Positions 40,968 through 64,000 of a stretch of 64,000 nucleotides of DNA are shown piece by piece. Positions within the stretch are counted from its first letter, which is position 1. Every line of letters begins with the position of its first letter. This stretch comes from Magallana gigas. Taxonomy: Eukaryota. The notes under the pieces were generated by a model. It was given only the letters and a program-made list of their open reading frames with translations. It was not told the DNA's origin and did no database searches. The translations under genes and the position numbers were made by a program. The stretch is from contig NC_088859.1 of the NCBI RefSeq assembly GCF_963853765.1, positions 49,600,001 through 49,664,000 of the forward strand, given 5' to 3'.

Positions 40968-41433
40968 GCAATGTGTTTACAGGGTACTATACAATGTTTA
41001 TACATGTAGGACATCAAGGTCCTCAGTCTGTGATTTTTTTCCCTTATTTACTTTATATTAGTTGATTTTCCCTTCTTACCTCAGTTATGTTACATGTAGA
41101 TGTTTGTTATACATTTAGTAAGGACTGAGTTTTCTTTGTTGTATTAGTGACGTGGATCATAACATTTTAGATGTACAGAACCTAAATCATTGCCATGGTT
41201 ACCTGTTATTTATTATCAGGTTGTTTTACTTAATGACCATTAACATCGCACACATTATAAACATTACAGAGCAGGCTGATTTTTCTAGTCAAATTAAATA
41301 AGAATGGCTGGTTTTCAACAAAACGGGTACTTTATACAGGGTTATTTTTGCCCTTTGTAATATTTGCCCTTTTACACTTGCAATCAGTTTCATCCTGTCT
41401 TGAATTCGCCCAATCTAATTAAAATTAGAACTT

Positions 41434-41491
41434 CCATCCGCTCCCAGATTTTCTATATGTCGCGACATATAGAAAACCTGGGAGTGGATGG
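41434..41491. repeat. 29-bp-arm palindrome with no loop, 2 mismatches
   Basis: CCATCCGCTCCCAGATTTTCTATATGTCG|CGACATATAGAAAACCTGGGAGTGGATGG. Confidence 0.9.
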
Positions 41492-43063
41492 CAAGATGGA
41501 TGGAAGCGGATGGCAAGGAACATAAATTACGGTAAAGATCTGGCAATTAATAATTATCAGGAAATTTTCAGGCATTTAAAAATTATTATTTGGTTTACAG
41601 TACCAGGACTTTTGAGTTTGTTATCTTTAAAGATATTTTCTCTTTTTTCTTTAGTGTCAACCTTACATAATGTACCGGTAAACAAATTGTGAGTTTTTGT
41701 TAAGGGTATAAAAGCTTAATAGACATTATATAAGGAATAATTAACAGGTGCTACATTTAGTAAAATGGATGTAGGAAAACTTACAGTCTGATTAAAACCA
41801 CCCCTTCTCCTAACAATGGTCATGGGCCTTGATGAGTGTAAGGAGAAGCAGAATGGCTTGAATCAGACTGGAAAACTTTTTGTTTTTTTGTACTTAGAAT
41901 TCAACAAAGGTTCTTACTCTGTCACAATCTTACAATCTTTTCTAGAATGTCTGTAAAAAAATATTTGAATATAATTAAATGAATGTATTTTTACAAAGAG
42001 CAAAGACTGACAAAGCTCGTATTTTGTTTATGTTTATTTTAATGAATGGCATGTTGTCAATATATTTTTCTATCATATCAGAGTTATTTTTTTGAACAAA
42101 GTACATTTATTTACTTAAATATTTATGTATTTGTTACTTTTAGAAAATAAAGTTTCTGTGTAGCTGTATTTTTTAAAAATACTCTGTGTTTTATATACTA
42201 CAGTATTCATTTTTTATCCCATCGTAAGTTCATCTTGGATTAAGTTGGTCTCTGTTCTCAGTTAGCTCCCTTGATGTCACAGCATGATATATACTGCAAA
42301 CCAACTTTAATTCGCGACAACTTTATTTCATGATTTAAAAGAAATAAACTTGTAAATGGCAACTTATTTTCGAAGCAAAGCCTTATCAACATCCATTTGG
42401 TCAATTAACCATACAACAATACTTGGTTCGCGACAAGAAATATTTGCAATGATGAGGCTCCTGTGAATCTCGCAAAAGTTTCTCGCACACGAATAAAAGT
42501 TGGTACATTAAGGTATATTTGAATAATAAGTAATTTCTTTTATGCTTTGATTTAATTTGATGAAATTTTGTTTTTATCACTGTTTATAAATTCGTTTTTT
42601 TTTCTCTCATGAAAGTCTGTCTCAAATTCATGTATGTTTCTATAGAAAAACAAAGTTCAATGTGTTATGTAACTTATGTGTATTGCTGATTTTTATAGGT
42701 GTGTGTTTTTCTTAAACTTTCACTTCAATTAGTTCTGTTCTTGACAAGTGAGTCAACTGTTAAAAACATTACATTTTTTTCATATTCCTGTGCTCATTCA
42801 TCTTTAACCAGACTGAATGGTCAACAGAGTAAGTAACATCAAATTTGCCTTAAAATTTTAAACTACCCGTATATTTTTAATGTACATATATATCCATGTA
42901 CTATTATTAGTTAATGTTCCTTTTTCTTCAAACAAGCTCTCCTTCTAAATACATGTATAGTAAAAAAAAAAATAGCCATGACCATCTGCACTTTTAAGGT
43001 TTCATTTTCCTATGAAATGTAGTCATATATTTTTTTAAAAGAGAGTGTCTTTATACATTCATA

Positions 43064-43153
43064 TTAGCTGCAATAATGTAGCCCTCTCCCAAATTTTTTT
43101 TTTTTGGGGGGGGGGGTATAAAAAATCGGAGAGGGCTACATTATTGCAGCTAA
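43064..43153. repeat. Miniature fold-back, 26-bp perfect arms (TTAGCTGCAATAATGTAGCCCTCTCC)
   Basis: Arms at 43064-43089 and 43128-43153. Confidence 0.9.
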
Positions 43154-45567
43154 CATTCATATTAATTAAAACCTGCAGTTGACATGAAGTCAAGCTAGAT
43201 TTCTATGGTGTATCTTGTCAGGTGAAACAGGGATGTGTAGGTGTAAGGAGATATGGCTGTGATATTTGTTTGACAGATTCTCGCCTTTGTATTGATACAT
43301 GTATCTCTTAGTATTGTACATTGCATTTGATGCAATTTGTTGAGTCTTCTTCCTCTATAAATTTTGCGAGTTTATAGAGTTGCATTTTTGCATGACTGTA
43401 TAACTATTTATTTTGCTACATTTTGTAGTTATATAATACGTTATGGTGCAGATATGATTATCTATTTATCATGATTTTGAAGAGTTTTATTTATTATATG
43501 ACAGAATACCTGACTATTTTGAAGTCTAATGTACCTTTTAGAGTTAATTATACCTGACTGTTGTAAAATGAATGTATGTACATGTACCTACATGTACTTT
43601 CATGTCATTGATTTCATATAAAACATTTCAATCTGTTTTATTTTTATTATTCATTCTGTTTCTGAGATGGATATAATTTTACCAATATGAAATAAGGTAC
43701 AAAACACAAGTTGTTGGCAAGGGAGACTCATTTGATATAAATTTTAATGTACCTGAAAATTTCATGTAAACTGGGCCCAGTTGTTTAACATACCATCACC
43801 CCACAAAAAACCATAAAACAATTATGTGGTATGTATTGCATGTTATGCAAGCCCTTGGATAAAATTTCAGTTTTGGGTTCCATACAAGGTTACCCTATGG
43901 ATAAGAGTATAATACATATAAATTATTGTAACTGTAACCTGATCCAAAGGTCAGATTATGTCTTGTTGCTAGGCACTGAACATCTGATCAATTAAGATGT
44001 AAACATTGAGTTTGATCTGATGATCTGCGTCTGGCAACCAATAGTGATCCACTCTGGGTAAAGTTACTGTTTTGATGATATATTTATTATATAACCTACA
44101 ACTGAAAATTTTTAATTACTAAACTATCTCGTACGGACAATCATACAATGAACAAGGCCATTTTAAAACTTAAGACGCACTTAAATCATTCATTGCACGT
44201 CATCAGTTTCAGAGAGGAGTGAAAAGGATTCAAAAATTATTCCCGGTATGCAGTGATCTGAAAAATTAGATCATATACTCTAATTATCAGTTTTAAGAAA
44301 GGAAAATTGATGAGTATATATTAAACATATATACTAAGTACTGTAAACTAAACTTTATTTGCGACGACATTATTTCGCAATTTACTGGTGATAGACTTCT
44401 CAAGAGCCTGTTTGTCACGAAAATTTCTCGCTGCAAACTAGCCTTTTACACATGGTTGCAATTACAACACCAAATTTACTCATAAAAATTAGTTGTTGAA
44501 AACTCATGAAATTTTCTCACAAATAAAATTTGGGTTACAGTATCTGTGTAAATCGTCCATATTATTTGTTCTAGAATTAAATTCTTTGTTATAAGCAACG
44601 TTTTTTCTTCTTTTAGTGTGTCTACACGGAAATCAGATTCTGACATGTTGAATATGTTGAGATTCTTCATTATCAAAAAAGTAACGGAATAACAAGACAA
44701 CGCTACACCCAAATTAGGTTTCCACATTTTATTATTCATACAATGCCCTCATAGATTAACACTGGTTGATAAAATAGTCATACATACTGTATGATGTACA
44801 CAAATACAGCTGTACCTTTCTACACGATCTCTCTCATTGTATGCCTTAGGTACTTCAACAACAAACAAAAAACAAACTATAGTAAGGTACGGGTTCCTTC
44901 CACAGATAAAGTACCTGCTTGTAACACCAACAAAATTAATGATCCGAAACATAGAATAACATACTTTGTCTCATCATGACCTTGGTTAAGATCAAGAGAA
45001 TACTTTATGGTCATTAGCAGCAATAGCTTTGTGTACTGGTACTTAATCTTTTCTGATCCCTTAGTAAATGGAAATGTGAACATAAGAACTTCTGGTATTC
45101 TATCATCTTATCTTCTTTTTTTATGTAAATGATCACATACGCTTTACCAGTGTTTCATTAAAAAGTAAGATATACATGTATGCTATAGTATCATAAATTA
45201 TTAGGTCCATACAAAGAATTCATAGGGGGAAATATTCCACCAGAAGTCTTTCTCAGCAATGTGCTTTAGTTGTCAGTGAGATAGATTTAGACTGGACATA
45301 GCAAGGACATACGACGTTGCTTCAGTACGTGCTGATTAGTCAAACTATCTCATAGATCCCTCACCTCAAAGATTATTTCTCAAATACAAATCATGATTCA
45401 AATAATGAACATACAGGTACAATAAGTAAATGTAGGATTCACTATACCTATGAAATAAAAAAACAAACACAGAACTGTACACAGCACTCGTTCAAGTGCA
45501 TAATGAAAGACATTAGAGTTACTTCACCGATACAAACAAAAGATGTCAATGGAGTATTGTTGACTTA

Positions 45568-57662
<12,095 letters not shown>

Positions 57663-58598
57663 GTTGGCAATTATCTTAGTCAGCTCTGTGTTTTTTCTCC
57701 GAAGTAACTTGATCTTGGTATTTTCTTACTCTTGTTACCCGCAAGATAAAGTGATATGTATATAGCTTTCAGTTTTTGAAATTCTTATTAGTCTTAGTTT
57801 TATCACCCTAGAATTTTAACGAAAATACAATGATTGAAATATTTTACAATTATTATATTGATAGCAAGAAACAAATTGTAATGTATGTCAATAATATAAT
57901 TTTTCGTACAAATTAGCTAATATAAATTTAACATTCAAGCACTCGAAGGCCTCAGATGAATAATCACGTGACAATTTAGAGCGAAAATCCTCAACTTTGC
58001 TATTTGTTAGTTATCCAATTTTTATGAAAGGTAAACTAAACCTTTGAGTTTCACAATGTTGGTTGTGTTGATTGTAAATATATGTTGTTACTTGTTAAGA
58101 AAAGAATCCATCGATTCTGTCAATGAGTTGTTTTTAGTACTTTTAATTATTTTACATGTCCAGAACTTTGTTAAGATCCTGGTTAGGGGAACGTTGACCA
58201 TTCAACAGGCTGAGCACAGCCTATTGATTGGTGTCCATTTGGTTGGCAATTGCATGTATGGTAACCCCATTTTATCCATAGTCCGTCCCAAGTAATATAT
58301 TCACTTTTTTCTTAGTATTTTAATATCCATATATACCTTTGTGTCCAAAGTGCTATAATTCACTAGATGGGAAAAAGTCCAGGAATTTCCCTTTGATGTG
58401 CCCCCTTAATTCTTCAAGTTGCAAAAACTGACTTAAATTTGAAAAGTTTTTGGGGATTTTGTGTGGCAAACTTTGACATGAAAGCCTATAGATGATGTTG
58501 TTGAAATATTCTGCGGGTGTTCTGACAGACTTCTAAATGGAGAAAAAGACCTCAGAGTCTTCCATTATAATTTTTTAAAAGAAATTCATTTTTGTCCT

Positions 58599-58685
58599 TA
58601 GCTGCAGATCTGTAGCTTTCTGGTTGAAAACATTTGGATAGACAAACCAAATTATTTCGATCAGAGAGCTACAGATCTGCAGCTA
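58599..58685. repeat. Miniature fold-back with TAGCTGCA termini (same family as 43064)
   Basis: TAGCTGCAGATCTGTAGCT ... AGCTACAGATCTGCAGCTA. Confidence 0.85.
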
Positions 58686-59326
58686 TTTTATCCTATTTTT
58701 CCTGCAAAAAAAGAAATGACATATCAATATAAATATCTTTTCCTGTACACAGTGTTCAATTGTATTTCTTTGACAAGCATAGTGTATTTTCGTTTAAAAT
58801 GTCAAAAAGTGGCAGAAATGGTAACTAGGGACAGATAATTGTACCAACCAGAGTAAAATTTTGTTCATTGTGGTTAATGCTTTCTAAGGAAGGTTTGCAG
58901 CCTGTCAATTTATGTGGCAAGTACTCTGGCATGTGTATTAATACTACATGTATTATGAATGAATCTTCTTGAAAATTGTCAGTGCTGTGAAAAGTACTGG
59001 TAATCCCAATAGCTACATTCACTTGTAATATTTTAAACATTGATAGTAACTGTTTTCTAAGATACTGTCAACAATCTGGATACATATAATTGGTCAGATA
59101 TAGAGAAGAAATTAACCCTTAATTGTAGTTAATTTTCCTCATATTTTATTGATAACAACCCAGTTTAAAACATTTTTTTGCAAAAGTTTAACCTAGTAAT
59201 TTTCCCCTATACTCTTTGTAACCAAGCAATATTATGGTAATTTAGCAACGTTAAAGGAATCCATACTTATCTCAAATTTCAGAAACTTATATGCTACTTT
59301 TTTTACGAAAACTTTTACAGATAGAT

Positions 59327-60921
<1,595 letters not shown>

Positions 60922-62385
60922 CTAGAATCATGTGTCGAATATTTCAGGGAAGATACTGTGTTTCATCGGTCTATAAACTTCAAGCACAGACAAAGTGATA
61001 ATCAAGTCTTCATCAAACGCTTGAACTTCAGTGCTCTTGTGTTTATTATAATCTGCAAGAAACTACAAGAAATTATCAACATTGCTCTTTAGTGCTTTCG
61101 CAACAGTCCGATCTGAAATTGTTTATGTGTATTGATGTATCTTATCGTACAGCTCTCATGGTGAAGCTTTACAACAACTGTAAGAATTTACATGGTTGAA
61201 TTTGGAACTCTTACCAATGCATTGTGCTCTTATGATACATGTATAAGTATGTTCTCTTATTTTCATCCTGGACAAGAAATCTCTGTTCATTTTGATTCTT
61301 TCTTGTTGTGTGTTCTAACTGTGTAATGTTTGGTGAATATTAATCTGTTTACTAGTCGTGATTCGGTTAAACTCTGGTGTTTAGATTTTCTGGTATATAC
61401 ATGTACAAGGATTATGTTTATTATGTATGAAAAATAAAGGTAAATTTTGTAATTGATTTCAAATCCACCCAACAAATTTTAAATCAAATTTATAAAGTTA
61501 TTAATAAAGAAATAAAAAGAATTAACCTTTGAAAGTTGTTATTGGTCTCTCTTAAAGGGAGACACATGTACCGGTAATAAGGAAATGAAAATGGGGTGGG
61601 TATTTTTAAGATATTGTCTCCAGAATCATATGGATAAGTACTTGTATTATCAAAACCATTTACATGATCTTTGATGTAAAGGATAGATATTTTTAACAAT
61701 GACCCTAGTGTTCAGGAAAGAGCAAAAATGGAGACTTAAAAGCAGAGGAGAAAACTCTTGTCAACTGTCGCAAAAAGGAGGTTGACATAGGTTTTCAAGG
61801 GGTTTCGGATCTTTCAAATTTTCTGTCAACAATTTTATAAAGAAAAAAGAACTATAATATGCGATAGTAACATGATGTTAGAAAATTGTATGACCTTTTT
61901 TTAAAATCAAATTAATGGTTTCATCAGAATATCAGTATGTTTGAAATCTACTTTCATGGATATTGGTGGCGAGTTGATCCACAAATCAAATGTGATAAAA
62001 CAATAAGATCTATGGCAAAAGATGACTGATACAGATAGGACCATTGTCATTAAATTGACCAATACTCATTCTGGTAACTGTGAACTCCACAAATTTAGCA
62101 AAAAATGATGCTCACAAATATTGATGGAACTAAAGTTTTCTTGGACCAAGAATCTTGTTCAATAAGTTAAAGTAGTAAAATTATTAACCCAGTAATCAAA
62201 AGGGTAAATTTATTAATAAAGTATTTTGCATGTAACCTCTTTACATTATCTTACTGATATACAAAAATAACTATTTCCTCAAAATATTTAATTTAGGAAA
62301 AGCATTTACAAGTGTAAATATAAATAGATAACCAAATATTGGTTTACAATATGACTATAAGTGTAAATGAACAGCTTCCTCCTGC

Positions 62386-63853
62386 CTACACATGCTCCTC
62401 CGCCACACTCGCTGCCATCATGGCTTGTTGTAAAGCATCGCCAATGTTAGCATCAGGTGCCATGGCCACAGCCTCGATTTCATTGGTGGAGGCCAAGTCC
62501 AGTTTTCCTGGGATGTCAGAAGTATCGGATTCCTCCTCGGTGCCCCCCTCTCCTATGATGTCCTTCGCAGATGAAGCAAGCAGAGTGATTGTTTCTATTT
62601 CCTGTGGACTATCAGACACAGCAGAGGGATTCATAGCAACAGCTTCAATCTTGTTTAACTCTGAAGGCTCTATAGTGACTGTCTCTATTTCACCTACAGA
62701 GGAAGGTGCCATGGCAACGGCCTCTATCTGATTGTCTGCGATAGGTAAGGTGACAATCTGGCCCCCGTCATTGATGGTGGATAAAGGCATCATAGCCAGC
62801 GTTTCTCCCGTCTTTGAGTTAAGGATCTTCATGTTGTCGCCAGAGTCAGTGATCACCACGTAGTCGTCCGTAACCTGTACACCCTCCAGAAAGTTTTGAT
62901 CCACCTCTCCCTCAGTGATGATCTCCACATTCTGTAGATCCTCCGCACTAAGCCCGGTCTGTACCACCACATACTCGGTGGCTTCCTCTTCCTAAAATGT
63001 AATCAGTGCAGTTTGTACAGAAGAGCTGTACCACACAAAGAGACAAAGCTCAATCTCACAAGATACACATATTTGGTACATGGTATGTCTATAAAAAAGC
63101 TGTATTAACCAAGATATAATTGATATATATGAAAAAAAGCTTTATCACACAAACCCCCCCCCCCCCCCCCCACCAAAGCTGTATCACACAGAAAGACAAC
63201 AAGGATTTACAGTGATTCATGTACAGTACATGTACAACAAATATGAAGAAATATAGTACTAGCATTATTTAAAGCTTTGAAAATGTCGGAGTTGTAAAGT
63301 GTACACCATTTTCCAAGAAAAAAACCCTTCAAATTGCCACTGAATTTGAAATGAAAAGTCAATGCATATATACCTGTGACTGTCCCTGAGTGTGCTCTTC
63401 GTCCACTATGTATTGCTGAGTGTCAGCCACTACAGAGGAGAATTCAGCCAGCACAGTGAACTCTTTCTTCTCTTTCTCTCGCTCTTCCTGCAGCTGACGA
63501 GTACAAGGCACTGAAAAATGACACTTTGTATATCAATGCCTACTCAGAATAAACATAGAATGCAGATACTAAAAGATTTATGAACAAACCGTAAGACAGA
63601 TCTCATGTCAAAGTACATGAATGTATATGGATAAAATTTTCATAGTAAACATGCCTTTAGCCTTTAGATGCCGATTCAGAGTTCCATGTTCAGCAAACGC
63701 CCGATTACAGTGATGACATTTGAATGGCCGCTCCCCTGTGTGCATTCTCTGATGACGGAGCAGTGACCCTTTCTCTCGGAATCTTCTGCGACAAAATGGA
63801 CAAACATAAGGCAAGATGCTGGTGTGAGTTCGCAAGTGAACCTTCATGGCATT
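62386..63853 (-). CDS. E4F1: Transcription factor E4F1-like C2H2 zinc-finger protein, last three exons (5' part lies beyond the window)
   Basis: Exons (-): 63853-63655 (GC donor), 63510-63374, 62991-62386. CPFCRRRFREKGSLLRHQRMHTGERPFKCHHCNRAFAEHGTLNRHLK and TVLAEFSSVVADTQQYIV match E4F1. Confidence 0.88.
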
Positions 63854-64000
63854 CTGAAAATAAAATCTCAACATGACTATCATCATAATCTATTTAACTT
63901 AAAAAGAGAGACGTACACATAGACAATGAACACAGTTGTTCCTAGTTCTGAAATTATGTACCGTGTACCAGTACTTACATTTGTTTTGAAAGTTTTGCGA

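Noticed and set aside
44476-45083. Cluster of short ORFs between MMD and RINT1 as an extra gene
   Set aside because: No homology and no phase-consistent exon chain; probably 3' UTR or intergenic DNA.
62339-62731. 130-aa + strand ORF
   Set aside because: Antisense shadow of the E4F1 last exon.

Overview
AT-rich, intron-dense animal genomic DNA, most likely an oyster (Crassostrea/Magallana gigas-like, inferred from the Cg170-type satellite/Helentron repeats). I reconstructed eight spliced genes by hand, checking splice phases: (1) a 271-aa gene of unknown function (-, 2556-11659) whose C-terminus carries a GARALSKH...WWG...GYGARW..DG..FRGFLEP module; (2) TEPSIN (+); (3) DCXR (-); (4) a FAM104/VCF1-like p97 cofactor (+); (5) MMD/MMD2 (PAQR) (+); (6) RINT1 (-); (7) UBE2I/UBC9 (+); (8) the 3' part of E4F1 (-, runs off the window). 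Six of these genes form three head-to-head pairs. Introns and intergenic DNA hold many mobile elements: two 5'-truncated LINE reverse transcriptases (one intact ORF nested in a MITE), a 6.75-kb Mutator/foldback-like element with ~635-bp TIRs and a perfect 10-bp TSD, Helentron/HINE elements carrying 167- and 180-bp satellites, Kolobok-like TTAA elements with tRNA-like cores, a 6-bp-TSD MITE family, and six short fold-back palindromes. Best leads: gene 1 (possible toxin-like RNase module), the FAM104 homolog, apparent deep synteny with human 17q/16p13/7, up to three GC-AG introns, a triplicated splice donor, and the MULE-like element. Most short ORFs in the supplied track are spurious. All family assignments come from remembered motifs, not database searches.
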